A DNA stretch of 63,290 nt, counting the filler, from Caldilineae bacterium (GTDB taxonomy: Bacteria; Chloroflexota; Anaerolineae; DTLA01), in NCBI GenBank assembly GCA_037446815.1. It is 6 parts of 6 records of this genome, joined end to end, with 100 filler letters (N's around TTAATTAATTAA, not from the genome) between each part and the next. Parts side by side here need not be neighbours in the genome. Positions count along the whole stretch, not along the records: positions 1 to 10,593 come from JBBIHX010000096.1; 5 more parts are not named here. One strand, written 5' to 3'. The translations under genes and the position numbers were made by a program. Positions 1-8,856 of this stretch are shown in pieces. Position 1 is the first letter of the stretch; every line of letters starts with the position of its first letter. A model generated the notes under the pieces. It ran no database searches and had not been told where the DNA came from. It saw only the letters and a list, made by a program, of their open reading frames with translations.

Positions 1-27
1 GATGCCAACAGACTTTGAAACCGACTC
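1..27. mobile_element. MITE end (A-type end, partial copy; the rest lies outside the window)
   Basis: GATGCCAACAGACTTTGAAACCGACTC is the reverse complement (one terminal mismatch) of the start of the copy at 10329. Confidence 0.85.
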
Positions 28-42
28 CGGTGGTTGCACTCC

Positions 43-71
43 TTGACTTTTCGCCCCTTGCGTGCTATCCT
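43..71 (+). promoter_or_regulatory. sigma70-type promoter
   Basis: TTGACT(43-48)-17 nt-TATCCT(66-71), with a TG extended -10, upstream of the CDS at 106. Confidence 0.65.
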
Positions 72-105
72 TCGCCCTGCAAATTCCGGAGTGGATGAGT
101 GCCTC

Positions 106-1005
106 ATGGGATACGAGCGAATTGATGATGATGTCTACGTTTTCTCCAGCGACACCTATGCGCAGGTAACGGCGGGTCTGGTGTTCACGAGGGAGGGGGC
201 CATCCTGATTGACACCCTCCCCTTCCCGCGGGAGACGCAGTCCATCCTGCAGTTTGAGCGGCGTCGTGGCGGTATCGGGGTGCGGTATGTCATCAATACC
301 CATCACCACGCCGATCACGTGTACGGCAACTACCTGTTTCCGGGCGCGAGGGTCATCGCTCACGAGGGCTGCCGCGCGGCGATGGTGAAGGATGGGCCGG
401 CGCTGCTGGAGCGAGACCGTCAATCCATGCCGCAACTCATGGACGTGGTGCTCCGCTTCCCAGACGTTACGCTGGACAAGGGCGGGGCCATTCACATCGG
501 CGGCAAATCCATAGAGATCATTCCCCTGCCCGGCCATTCGGACGATCTGCTGGGCGTATATCTGGTGCAGGAGAAGATTCTGTTTGCCAGCGATGCAATG
601 ATGCCGGTGCCATACATCGTGGGGGGAAACCCGGAGGCGTACAAGCGGTCGCTCTTGCGGATGGCGGAGTTGAACCTGGAGAACCTGGTGCAGGGGCATG
701 GCGAGGTGCTCCTGCGCGGCGAGATTCCCGATGCGCTCAATGCCAACATCGCGTACCTGGACATCCTTCGCGAGCGGGTGAGGGAGGGGATTGCGATGGG
801 CCTGACCCGCGACGAGATCGCGGCGCTGGATATTGAGGAATGCGGACTGTCGCGGGTTCCCCTGGGCGGACTGGCGCAGCATTTGCATCGCGCCAACGTG
901 TTGTATCTGTACGATGGGATGCGCCGCGGGGTGATTCCGCTGACGGGCGATGAGCCAGAAGCCCACGGGAATTCGGGGGAAGACGACGATGAGGAAGTTG
1001 CGTAA
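106..1005 (+). CDS. MBL-fold metallo-hydrolase (cyclase-like)
   Basis: THHHADH (HxHxDH), GHS, SD and GHG metal-binding motifs. ATG at 106 chosen because it lies downstream of the promoter. Confidence 0.85.
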   Translation: MGYERIDDDVYVFSSDTYAQVTAGLVFTREGAILIDTLPFPRETQSILQFERRRGGIGVRYVINTHHHADHVYGNYLFPGARVIAHEGCRAAMVKDGPALLERDRQSMPQLMDVVLRFPDVTLDKGGAIHIGGKSIEIIPLPGHSDDLLGVYLVQEKILFASDAMMPVPYIVGGNPEAYKRSLLRMAELNLENLVQGHGEVLLRGEIPDALNANIAYLDILRERVREGIAMGLTRDEIAALDIEECGLSRVPLGGLAQHLHRANVLYLYDGMRRGVIPLTGDEPEAHGNSGEDDDEEVA

Positions 1006-1444
1006 TCGCAAGAGCGCTGCAAGTTCGTCGCCTTCCAAGCCGCCCGATTTTACGGTGATCTTTGACGGCGGGAGCCGGGGGAATCCGGGCCCCGGGTACG
1101 GGAGTTTCCTGCTGGTGCGGCATGCCGATGGCGCGCAACGGCATCAGCGCCTGACGCTCGGAAGCCGCCTTACCAGCAACGAGGCGGAGTATGACACGCT
1201 GGCCCACGCTTTGGAGAACCTGCTGGCGTGGGTTCGTGAGTTGGGGCTGCGACCTGAAGACGTGTCGGTGGGGGTCCGCGGCGATAGCCAGTTGGTGATC
1301 CTCCAGATGCGGGGGGATTGGAAGGTGCGGAACGCGCGGATGGCGGTGCGGCGCGACCGCGTGTTGGCGCTTGCGCAGCAGTTTGGCGCGGTGCAGTGGG
1401 AGCATCATCCGCGCCTCTCGTCGGTGTTGATTCTGGGGCACTGA
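989..1444 (+). CDS. ribonuclease HI family protein
   Basis: FDGGSRGNPGPG, TSNEAEY and GDSQLV motifs typical of RNase HI. The C-terminal helix appears to be missing. Start uncertain. Confidence 0.85.
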   Translation: MRKLRNRKSAASSSPSKPPDFTVIFDGGSRGNPGPGYGSFLLVRHADGAQRHQRLTLGSRLTSNEAEYDTLAHALENLLAWVRELGLRPEDVSVGVRGDSQLVILQMRGDWKVRNARMAVRRDRVLALAQQFGAVQWEHHPRLSSVLILGH

Positions 1445-1473
1445 GCCGACGCGGGCGCAGGGCGGCGTTGGAG

Positions 1474-1893
1474 TTACTCTTCGGGCATTTCCTGCACGGG
1501 CAGGTCCAAATCCACCAATTCTCCGTGGACGTTCACGGTTGCGCGGAAGCCCATCATTCCGAGATAGAGCCGCGCTTCTTCGGGCAGGCCGAACTCCATC
1601 ATCTGATCCACTTGCTTGTCCAGGTTCTGGAGGGTGGCGTCCACGGCTGCTTTGGTGAAGAGGTCGTCGCGGCCGATCATCTCCAGGATTTGCGCCGTAA
1701 CGATGTCGCGGTGCTCCACCAATAGGTCGCGCAGGCGGGCGAGGATTTGCTGGTCCACGTCGCGCGCGGGTACATGCCGAAGGAACCCGTATTCGGGGAT
1801 GGTGTAGCAGGGTTCGTCGCCGACGTAGGCGACGCCGACGGGTTCGCCCTCTTCGTTGTAGATTAGGCCCTCAAACAGAGGCTTCTTGGCCAT
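1474..1893 (-). CDS. hypothetical protein
   Basis: Acidic 139-aa ORF with host-like codon usage. No recognised motif. Confidence 0.7.
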   Translation of the reverse strand: MAKKPLFEGLIYNEEGEPVGVAYVGDEPCYTIPEYGFLRHVPARDVDQQILARLRDLLVEHRDIVTAQILEMIGRDDLFTKAAVDATLQNLDKQVDQMMEFGLPEEARLYLGMMGFRATVNVHGELVDLDLPVQEMPEE

Positions 1894-1955
1894 AGGGTTC
1901 ACCGAGCAGCCGCGTTCGGGCGGGGTTCGGCCACCGCAGGGTCGGGCTGTCCAGG

Positions 1956-2028
1956 TACCCCCGGAGCGACTTGAACGCTCAGCCGACTGCTTAGAAGGCA
2001 GTTGCTCTGTCCGTTGAGCTACGGGGGC
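1956..2028 (-). tRNA. tRNA-Arg(UCU)
   Basis: Minus strand reads GCCCCCGTAGCTCAACGGACAGAGCAACTGCCTTCTAAGCAGTCGGCTGAGCGTTCAAGTCGCTCCGGGGGTA. Cloverleaf with anticodon loop CTTCTAA. CCA not fully encoded (CCT). Confidence 0.95.
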
Positions 2029-2036
2029 TCACGCAA

Positions 2037-2066
2037 ATTATAGCACCAGAGCGCCCGATGTGGCAA
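2037..2066 (-). promoter_or_regulatory. promoter of tRNA-Arg
   Basis: Minus strand TTGCCA(2066-2061)-18 nt-TATAAT(2042-2037), with a TG extended -10. Confidence 0.7.
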
Positions 2067-2081
2067 CTCGCGCAGGCTGCT

Positions 2082-2507
2082 GGCTCGGTTCCGTCTTGTG
2101 CCGGTCCGTCCCACGCACCGCCTCCCGGCCCTGTCATGCTGAGCCGAAGGCGATACGCCCTCGCCCTTCGGGAGAGGGCTGGGGTGAGGGGCGAGATTCT
2201 TCGCGGCTTCGCCGCTCAGAATGACGGTAGATGCCAACAGACTTTTCGGTAACCGCGAAGGACACGAAACTAGGCGAATGGAGCGCGAGATTCCTCGGCG
2301 CTTCGCGCCTCGGAATGACAGGTCGGGGGTGGCTTCGGCGCGTCGCGCCCTCGGAGTGACGGTTCGGTAACCGCGAAGGACACGAAACTAGGCGAATGGA
2401 GCGCGAGATTCCTCGGCGCTTCGCGCCTCGGAATGACAGGTCGGGGGTGGCTTCGGCGCGTCGCGCCCTCGCAATGGCGGGTTACCAACCGACTCTGGAA
2501 CCGAGTG
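2082..2507. mobile_element. composite MITE / palindromic repeat cluster between divergent tRNA-Arg and tmRNA
   Basis: B-type end at 2082 (GGCTCGGTTCCGTCTTGTG), GTCATGCTGAGC...CTCAGAATGAC cargo, truncated A end at 2230-2245, a 118-bp-period duplication, and a second A end at 2483-2507. Confidence 0.8.
2245..2471. repeat. 109-bp direct repeat, period 118
   Basis: TTCGGTAACCGCGAAGGACACGAAA...CGCGCCCTCG at 2245-2353 and 2363-2471. Confidence 0.9.
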
Positions 2508-2513
2508 GTGTTT

Positions 2514-2541
2514 TTGCCTTTTGCGCAATTGCGACTATAAT
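2514..2541 (+). promoter_or_regulatory. promoter of ssrA
   Basis: TTGCCT(2514-2519)-16 nt-TATAAT(2536-2541), 10 nt before the tmRNA 5' end. Confidence 0.7.
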
Positions 2542-2551
2542 AGTACTGCTT

Positions 2552-2939
2552 GGGGATGAATGGTCTCGACGGTGGAGGCTGATCAGGGACTGCAAGCCGA
2601 GGCGCCCAACCGCGTGAAAATGGGCAAAACGAGAAGTGCGACCTTCGCACAGAAGCCGGCTTTGGCCATCGCTGCCTAGTCAGCGAGCGTCAATGCCTTA
2701 GTTACCTGCGGGTAACTACGTCCTGACCATCTCTCTCCCGGTGAGGTGGATCCAGGGCGTCATGAAGACCGGGATGCAGTCCTCCGGATGCCGATACGGG
2801 GGAATCAAGACCATCGGCTGGCTCCATAGAGCCCCTGTTGGCCGGGCGCTCGTGGGGCGAGATACGAAAGGCCGACTACGCTTGTAGATGTCTCTGGTCG
2901 AATCCTTCGGACGCGGGTTCGATTCCCGCCATCTCCACC
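2552..2939 (+). ncRNA. ssrA: tmRNA; tag peptide (A)ATFAQKPALAIAA at 2638-2679
   Basis: 5' GGGGATGAATGGTCTCGAC, 3' GACGCGGGTTCGATTCCCGCCATCTCCACC. Ala-type acceptor stem with G3:U, and a tag ORF ending LAIAA*. Confidence 0.95.
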
Positions 2940-2942
2940 TGG

Positions 2943-2972
2943 AGAAGCGGCTCAAGGGCCGCTTCTTGTTTT
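2943..2972 (+). terminator. intrinsic terminator after ssrA
   Basis: AGAAGCGGC-TCAAGG-GCCGCTTCT hairpin followed by TGTTTT. Confidence 0.75.
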
Positions 2973-3000
2973 GTGCGGCTGCGGCGCCGTCGCAGGCGAT

Positions 3001-3150
3001 GATTCGGTTCCAGAGTCTGTTGGTGCCTGTCATTGCGAGGGCGCGGAGCGCCCGAAGCAATCTCCGGGGCGTGCGATTGCTTCGCTTCGCTCGCAATGAC
3101 ACACGAGGAGAGTACGCCTACGGTTCACCAACACAAGATGAAACCGAATC
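3001..3150. mobile_element. 150-bp MITE, complete, TSD CAGGCGAT
   Basis: Ends GATTCGGTTCCAGAGTCTGTTGGTG and CACCAACACAAGATGAAACCGAATC. CAGGCGAT at 2993-3000 and 3151-3158. Confidence 0.92.
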
Positions 3151-3165
3151 CAGGCGATGGACGCT

Positions 3166-3194
3166 TTGACATGCCCGCGGCGACAGACTATAAT
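3166..3194 (+). promoter_or_regulatory. consensus sigma70 promoter of the DUF177-rpmF operon
   Basis: TTGACA(3166-3171)-17 nt-TATAAT(3189-3194). Confidence 0.85.
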
Positions 3195-3232
3195 GCGCCG
3201 TGCTGTGTTTTGGTTTGCGGAAGGTGTAGGCA

Positions 3233-3754
3233 ATGCGATTCAACGTGGCGCAACTGCTCCTGGGCCCCACCGGCGGGACGCGGGAGTATGATTTGGATGA
3301 CGATATCAGCGGCTTGGATCCGCTCATTGTGCCGCAGAGCACGCTGGTGGGCCATGTGCGCTTCACCCACGTGGGGCCCAACGTGCTGGTGGAGGGCAGC
3401 GCGCACGCGGACTTGGAACTCATCTGCACGCGATGCGCGGAGCCTTTTGTGGAGCGGGTGTCCATTGAACTCATGGAGGAGTTTGAGCCTAGCATAGACG
3501 TGCTGACCGGGCGGGTGCTGCCGAACGTTCACGAGGACCCGGCCCTTGTCATTGACAAGCACAACATGCTGGATCTCAGCGAGGTGGTGCGGCAGAACCT
3601 GCTCCTGGCGATGGATGACCATCCCCATTGCCGGGAGGACTGCGCGGGAATCTGCCCGCACTGCGGTCGCAACCTGAACACCGAGACCTGCACCTGTACG
3701 GACGAGCCGGTGGACCCGCGATGGGCTCCGCTGGCCGACTTGCAGGCGAGTTGA
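3233..3754 (+). CDS. DUF177/YceD family protein
   Basis: CxRC and C...CxGICxxCG..N motifs and a DPRW C-terminus; directly upstream of rpmF. Confidence 0.92.
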   Translation: MRFNVAQLLLGPTGGTREYDLDDDISGLDPLIVPQSTLVGHVRFTHVGPNVLVEGSAHADLELICTRCAEPFVERVSIELMEEFEPSIDVLTGRVLPNVHEDPALVIDKHNMLDLSEVVRQNLLLAMDDHPHCREDCAGICPHCGRNLNTETCTCTDEPVDPRWAPLADLQAS

Positions 3755-3778
3755 CATCATTGGAAGGAGTGTTTTGAC

Positions 3779-3967
3779 ATGGGTGCTCTACCGAAGCGAA
3801 AACTGTCCAAGGGACGGCGAGATCGCCGCAGGTCGCATCTGGCCTTGAAGACCACGTCGCTGGTCGCGTGCCCCCAGTGCAAGAGCCTGCGCCCGCCGCA
3901 CCGAGTGTGTCCGAACTGCGGGTACTATCGCGGCGAGGAACGAATTTCGGTTAAGGACAAGGAATAG
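3779..3967 (+). CDS. rpmF: 50S ribosomal protein L32 (zinc-ribbon type)
   Basis: PKRKLSKGRRDRRRSH followed by CPQC...HRVCPNCGYY. Confidence 0.97.
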   Translation: MGALPKRKLSKGRRDRRRSHLALKTTSLVACPQCKSLRPPHRVCPNCGYYRGEERISVKDKE

Positions 3968-4127
3968 GCGGCGCGTCTGGTCGCCTGGGGTGTTGGTGCT
4001 GTGGCCGTGGTGCGGGATGCCGCTGCACGGCCTTTCTTTTGGGGTTTGCGCCGCGGTCCTGCTTGACGTTAGGCGCGCAATGGGGTAATCTAGGGGACAC
4101 GAGGCTCTTTGGATAAAGGGGGTGTCT

Positions 4128-4487
4128 ATGGAACACGAGACTGCGGGCAAGGTTACCCTGGCTCCCAGCGTCCTGACCACCATCGTAACCCTCACGGTCA
4201 ACGCGGACGAGGGCGTGGCGCACCTGTGCAAGGACTGGCGCAGCGATGTCAGCCGCTTTCTCGGCGTTGGCAGCGCGGAGGACGGGGTCCGGGTAGACGT
4301 GGAGGGTAACAGCGTGGCCATAGATGTCCACCTGGTCGCGAAAGCCAACGTGAACCTGCTGGCGCTGGGGCGCCGGCTGCAATCGGAGATCGCGCGCGCC
4401 ATCAGCGACATGGTGGGCATGGTGGTCCGCGAGGTGAACATCTTCATAGAAGACGTGGAGATTCCCGATTCCGAGGAGCAGGTGTAG
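4128..4487 (+). CDS. Asp23/Gls24 family envelope stress protein
   Basis: GKVTLAPSVL...GVRV...MVGMVVREVNIFIEDV pattern, and the usual position upstream of nusB. Confidence 0.85.
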   Translation: MEHETAGKVTLAPSVLTTIVTLTVNADEGVAHLCKDWRSDVSRFLGVGSAEDGVRVDVEGNSVAIDVHLVAKANVNLLALGRRLQSEIARAISDMVGMVVREVNIFIEDVEIPDSEEQV

Positions 4488-4490
4488 GCT

Positions 4491-4964
4491 GTGAAAGTAC
4501 GGCGGCGTGCTCGCATTGTTGCTTTGCAGGCCCTCTTTGAAACCGATAGCGTGGGCCATCCTCCGGACGCCGTGCTTCAGCACCGCCTGGAAGAGACCCC
4601 GCTTCCCGATGCGGGCGTGGATTTCGCGCGCGCGTTGGTCTTTGGCGTGCTTGAGCACCGCAAGCAACTGGATGCATTCATCCAGAAGAACGCGCCCCAG
4701 TGGCCCGTTGAGCAGATGGCGACCATAGACCGCAACATCTTGCGCATCGCCTTGTTTGAACTCTACGTGGATCGCACGACGCCCATGAAGGTCGTCATCA
4801 ACGAGGCTGTGGAATTGGCCAAGATGTTCGGCAGTGAAAGTTCCCACCGATTTGTGAACGGCGTCCTGGGCAGTTTTGTGGCCCAAATGCAGGCGATGCC
4901 GAAGCCATCCCAGGCGCAGCAAGTGGCCTCCCCCCAAGGTTCGGCGGGAGAGGAGGAGGCATGA
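4491..4964 (+). CDS. nusB: transcription antitermination factor NusB
   Basis: RRRARIVALQALF, IDRNILR, VINEAVELAK and FVNGVL motifs. Confidence 0.96.
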   Translation: MKVRRRARIVALQALFETDSVGHPPDAVLQHRLEETPLPDAGVDFARALVFGVLEHRKQLDAFIQKNAPQWPVEQMATIDRNILRIALFELYVDRTTPMKVVINEAVELAKMFGSESSHRFVNGVLGSFVAQMQAMPKPSQAQQVASPQGSAGEEEA

Positions 4965-5341
4965 CCTTATTCGGAATCGGTCCCGGCGAACTGATCCTCA
5001 TCTTCGTGCTGGCCCTGATTATCTTCGGCCCGCAGCGTCTGCCGGAGGTGGCGCGAACCATCGGGAAGGCGGTCAACGATTTCCGGAAGACGTCGGAAGA
5101 AGTTACCACGGCGGTTGCGCGGGAATTGAACGTGAGCGAAGCCGCGGAGCCGGACAGCACAGCCACGCCACCCATCCGACCCACGCATAGCATTCCGCTG
5201 TCCAAGGTGGGCGAGGTGGTGGCGCACGAAGCCGCACCCGACGCGGCAACCCCGGCGGGTCCTGCGATGCCTGCCGCGCCCGCGGAGCCTGCCGAGAATC
5301 CCGGTGAGCCTGACGAAGGGAGTCGCGTCCAGCATGACTGA
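4961..5341 (+). CDS. TatA/TatB family translocase subunit
   Basis: GIGPGELILI...IIFGPQRLPE helix motif with a disordered Pro/Ala tail; upstream of tatC. Confidence 0.9.
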   Translation: MTLFGIGPGELILIFVLALIIFGPQRLPEVARTIGKAVNDFRKTSEEVTTAVARELNVSEAAEPDSTATPPIRPTHSIPLSKVGEVVAHEAAPDAATPAGPAMPAAPAEPAENPGEPDEGSRVQHD

Positions 5342-6074
5342 GAACAACCGGATGCCATTGCTGGCGCACCTGGGCGAGTTGCGCGATCGCCTCATCAAGT
5401 CCTTTGTCGCGCTCCTTGTGGGCACATTGGTCAGCCTGTTTGTGTTCACGCCGCGGCTGTTTGAAATCGTTATCCGCCCGATGCAACCCAACGTGCCCGT
5501 CGCCTTGCGGCCCACCGAGACCATCATCGTGTACTTCAAGTTGGCGCTCATCGTGGGTGTCGTGCTGGCGATGCCGGTCATCGTGTACCAACTGGTGCGC
5601 TTTGTCGTCCCGGGTCTCACGCCGCAGGAGAAGCGATACCTGTACTACCTTTTGCCCGCCGCGACCCTGTCGTTTGCGGTGGGCGTCCTGTTCGCGGCCC
5701 TGGTCATGCTCCCCTTCGCCATCGCGTATCTCAAAGGGTTCATGAGCGACATTGTGCGGCCAACGTACTCCATAGATTCTTACATCTCCTTTGTAACGGG
5801 GCTGCTGTTCTGGGTGGGCGTTACGTTTGAGACGCCGCTCATCATCTTCTTCCTGGCCAAGTTGGGTGTTGTAACTCCCGCCTTCTTGGCGAAGAACCGC
5901 AAGTACGCGGTGCTGTTGATTGCGGTGCTGGCGGCGGTCATCACGCCGACGCCCGACCCGTTCAACATGATGATCGTCATGCTCCCGCTGATGCTGCTGT
6001 ACGGGGTGGGCGAGATTCTGGCGCGGTTCGCCAGGCCGTTGGCGAAACCTCGCGCAGGCAGCAATTCGCAATAA
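5334..6074 (+). CDS. tatC: twin-arginine translocase TatC
   Basis: MPLLAHLGELR, PGL.P.EK, FETP and AAVITPTPDP motifs. Confidence 0.96.
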   Translation: MTENNRMPLLAHLGELRDRLIKSFVALLVGTLVSLFVFTPRLFEIVIRPMQPNVPVALRPTETIIVYFKLALIVGVVLAMPVIVYQLVRFVVPGLTPQEKRYLYYLLPAATLSFAVGVLFAALVMLPFAIAYLKGFMSDIVRPTYSIDSYISFVTGLLFWVGVTFETPLIIFFLAKLGVVTPAFLAKNRKYAVLLIAVLAAVITPTPDPFNMMIVMLPLMLLYGVGEILARFARPLAKPRAGSNSQ

Positions 6075-6109
6075 TGCAAGGATTCCACGAGGATTAGAGG
6101 AGGCTTTCA

Positions 6110-7426
6110 ATGGAGAAAGAACGCGTTCTCATCATGGGCGCCGCCGGAAGGGACTTCCACAATTTCAACGTGTACTTCCGGAACAATCCCGACTATGAGG
6201 TCGTGGCCTTCACGGCGACGCAGATTCCCAACATTGAGGGGCGAGTGTATCCGGCGGAACTGGCCGGACCAGGCTACCCGAAAGGGATCCCCATCTACCC
6301 CGAATTCGAACTGGTGAACCTGATTCGCGACTTGCATGTGCACCAGGTCGTTTTCGCGTACAGCGACGTGAGCCACGAGTATGTGATGCACAAGGCTTCT
6401 ATTGCGCTGGCGGCCGGGGCGGAGTTTCGGCTCATGGGGGCGAATTCCACCATGCTCAAGGCCAGCGTGCCCGTGGTGTCGGTCTGCGCGGTGCGCACCG
6501 GCAGCGGCAAGAGCCAGACGAGCCGCCGCGTGGCCGGCATCCTGCGCGACATGGGCAAGCGCGTCGTGGCAATCCGCCACCCGATGCCCTACGGCGATTT
6601 GGCCAAGCAAGCCTGCCAGCGATTCGCCACGTATGCGGACATGGATCGGCACCACTGCACCATTGAGGAGCGCGAGGAGTACGAGCCGCACCTAGACCGA
6701 GGCGTCATCGTGTATGCGGGCGTGGACTACGAGCAGATTCTCCGCCAGGCGGAGAAGGAAGCGGACGTGATTCTGTGGGACGGCGGCAACAATGACCTGC
6801 CGTTCTACAGGCCCGACCTGCACATTGTCGTCGTGGATCCGCACAGGCCTGGCCACGAAGTCCGCTACCACCCGGGCGAAACCAATCTTCGCATGGCCGA
6901 TGTGGTTGTCATCAACAAGGTGGACACTGCCGACCTTGCCAATATCGCCGTGGTGCGGGAAAATGTGTACCAGGTGAATCCGCGCGCGACGGTGATAGAA
7001 GCCGCCTCGCCGATCTTCGTGGAAGCCCCCGATGCGATTCGCGGCAAGCGCGTGCTCGTCATTGAGGACGGCCCCACTCTGACGCACGGGGAGATGGCGT
7101 ATGGCGCGGGCACCGTGGTCGCGCGGCGGCTCGGCGCGGCGGAACTGGTGGACCCGCGGCCCTATGCCGTTGGCTCCATCGTGGACACGTTCCGCAAGTA
7201 CCCGAACACGGGGGCGCTACTGCCGGCAATGGGCTATGGCGACAAGCAGGTGCGCGAACTGGAGGAGACCATCAACAACACGCCGTGCGACATGGTTCTC
7301 ATCGCCACGCCCATTGACTTGCGCCGTGTGGTGAACATCAAGCATCCGTCGCAGCGGGTGCGCTATGAATTGCAGGAAATCGGCCAGCCAACGCTGAAGG
7401 ACATCTTGCAGCAACGACTGGGGTGA
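6110..7426 (+). CDS. COG2403 P-loop ligase (cDPG-synthetase-like; probable arginine synthetase, ArcE type)
   Basis: MGAAGRDFHNFN, AVRTGSGKSQ, RHPMPYGDL, TIEEREEYEPH, WDGGNND and EDGPTLTHG family motifs. Confidence 0.8.
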   Translation: MEKERVLIMGAAGRDFHNFNVYFRNNPDYEVVAFTATQIPNIEGRVYPAELAGPGYPKGIPIYPEFELVNLIRDLHVHQVVFAYSDVSHEYVMHKASIALAAGAEFRLMGANSTMLKASVPVVSVCAVRTGSGKSQTSRRVAGILRDMGKRVVAIRHPMPYGDLAKQACQRFATYADMDRHHCTIEEREEYEPHLDRGVIVYAGVDYEQILRQAEKEADVILWDGGNNDLPFYRPDLHIVVVDPHRPGHEVRYHPGETNLRMADVVVINKVDTADLANIAVVRENVYQVNPRATVIEAASPIFVEAPDAIRGKRVLVIEDGPTLTHGEMAYGAGTVVARRLGAAELVDPRPYAVGSIVDTFRKYPNTGALLPAMGYGDKQVRELEETINNTPCDMVLIATPIDLRRVVNIKHPSQRVRYELQEIGQPTLKDILQQRLG

Positions 7427-7464
7427 GTTGGGACCGCGGACCCCGATCGGCAGGAGGTGGAGCC

Positions 7465-8799
7465 ATGTCTCCGGATTGGGTTGCTGTGGAACGCGAGGTC
7501 GTTCAACACCTGCAGAACTTGATTCGCATGGATACGACGAACCCGCCCGGCAACGAATTGCCCGCTGCCGAGTATGTGGCACAGGCGTTGCAGGGCGAGG
7601 GCATTCCCGCCGAGGTGCTGGAGTCGGCGCCCGGGCGCGGGAATGTGGTGGCGCGGCTCAAAGGCGACGGTTCCGCCCGACCGCTCTTGCTCATGTCCCA
7701 CCTGGACGTGGTGCCCGCAGAGCCCGACAAGTGGGAGCATCCGCCTTTCGCCGCCGAACTTGTGGACGGGTTCATCTGGGGTCGCGGCGCGGTGGACACC
7801 AAGAACTTGACCGCCGTCCAAATGATGCTGATGCTGCTGCTGAAGCGCGAGGGCGTCTCGCTCAAGCGCGATGTCATTCTTGCCGCCACGGCGGACGAGG
7901 AGGCGGGCGGCTTGGCGGGGATGGGCTGGTTGGTGGAGCAGCGGCCCGAACTGCTGGAGGCCGAATATGCTATCAACGAAGGCGGCGGGTTCGGCCTGGA
8001 TATCGGCGGCAGGCGGGTGTACGTGTGCCAGAGCGCCGAAAAGGGCGTCTGCTGGATGCGGCTGACGGCAGAAGGCAGGCCGGGCCATGCTTCTACGCCG
8101 AAAGGAGATAACGCGGTGGCCATCCTCGCGGAAGCAGTGGCCCGCCTGTCTCGCGCCCGGCTCCCGCTGCACATCGTGCCGACGGTGCGCGAGTTCGTGC
8201 TGCAATTGAGCCGATTGCTGCCGTTCCCGCAATCCTTGATGCTGCCGCTGATGCTGAACCCCGTGTTTGAGCCGCTCATCGCCAAGGCCCTGGCGCGGGA
8301 AGAGATGCTGGGGCCGCTGCTCCGCGCCTCCGTGCGCAACACGGCCACGCCCACGGTGCTCCGTGCAGGGAGCAAGACCAACGTCATCCCATCAGTGGCC
8401 GAGGCGCAGGTGGACGGGCGCCTGCTTCCCGGCCAGACGCCCGATGACCTGATGCGCGAGATTCGGCCGTACATTGGCAAGAAGGTGCGCGTTGACCTTA
8501 TCGGCACGTCGGAGCCTTCGGAGGCGGGGTACCAAACGCCGCTCTACACCTTGCTGGGGGAGGCGCTTGCGGAGGAAGACCCCGGCGCCGCCTTGCTCCC
8601 GTTCATGATTACCGGTTCCACCGATGGGCGCTTCCTGGCCAAGCGCGGCGTCAAGGTGTACGGCTTCTGTCCCATGAAAAAGGATATCCAGGAGTCGCCG
8701 CTGGAGTTGGCTCACGGGCATAACGAGCGGATTTCCGTGGCGAATCTGGTATTCGCGACGAAGGTGCTGTACAAGGCCGTCATCGGTCTGTGTTCGTAG
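7465..8799 (+). CDS. M20/M25/M40 family metallo-hydrolase
   Basis: SHLDVVP, GRGAVDTK, ADEE, NEGG and HGHNERI motifs; AGGAGG RBS. Confidence 0.92.
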   Translation: MSPDWVAVEREVVQHLQNLIRMDTTNPPGNELPAAEYVAQALQGEGIPAEVLESAPGRGNVVARLKGDGSARPLLLMSHLDVVPAEPDKWEHPPFAAELVDGFIWGRGAVDTKNLTAVQMMLMLLLKREGVSLKRDVILAATADEEAGGLAGMGWLVEQRPELLEAEYAINEGGGFGLDIGGRRVYVCQSAEKGVCWMRLTAEGRPGHASTPKGDNAVAILAEAVARLSRARLPLHIVPTVREFVLQLSRLLPFPQSLMLPLMLNPVFEPLIAKALAREEMLGPLLRASVRNTATPTVLRAGSKTNVIPSVAEAQVDGRLLPGQTPDDLMREIRPYIGKKVRVDLIGTSEPSEAGYQTPLYTLLGEALAEEDPGAALLPFMITGSTDGRFLAKRGVKVYGFCPMKKDIQESPLELAHGHNERISVANLVFATKVLYKAVIGLCS

Positions 8800-8856
8800 T
8801 CGTTTGCGCCGACGGCTGTCCCGGGCGTCGCTCCTGGGTAGCCGCCGGCGATAGGT

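Noticed and set aside
2245..2471. Direct repeats (118-bp period here, 40-bp period at 42247-42359) as a CRISPR array
   Set aside because: Only 2-3 units, no unique spacers of CRISPR size, and no cas genes. The units are built from the dispersed palindrome families.
2900..3000. Integrative island at the tmRNA or tRNA 3' end
   Set aside because: No integrase and no duplicated 3' fragment; housekeeping genes follow directly.
2019..3169. Short ORFs with recurring peptides such as VIARARSARSNL or VILSGEAAKNL (also 10078-10641, 42915-43661, 46039-46320)
   Set aside because: Translations of the MITE/palindrome DNA, not a protein family.
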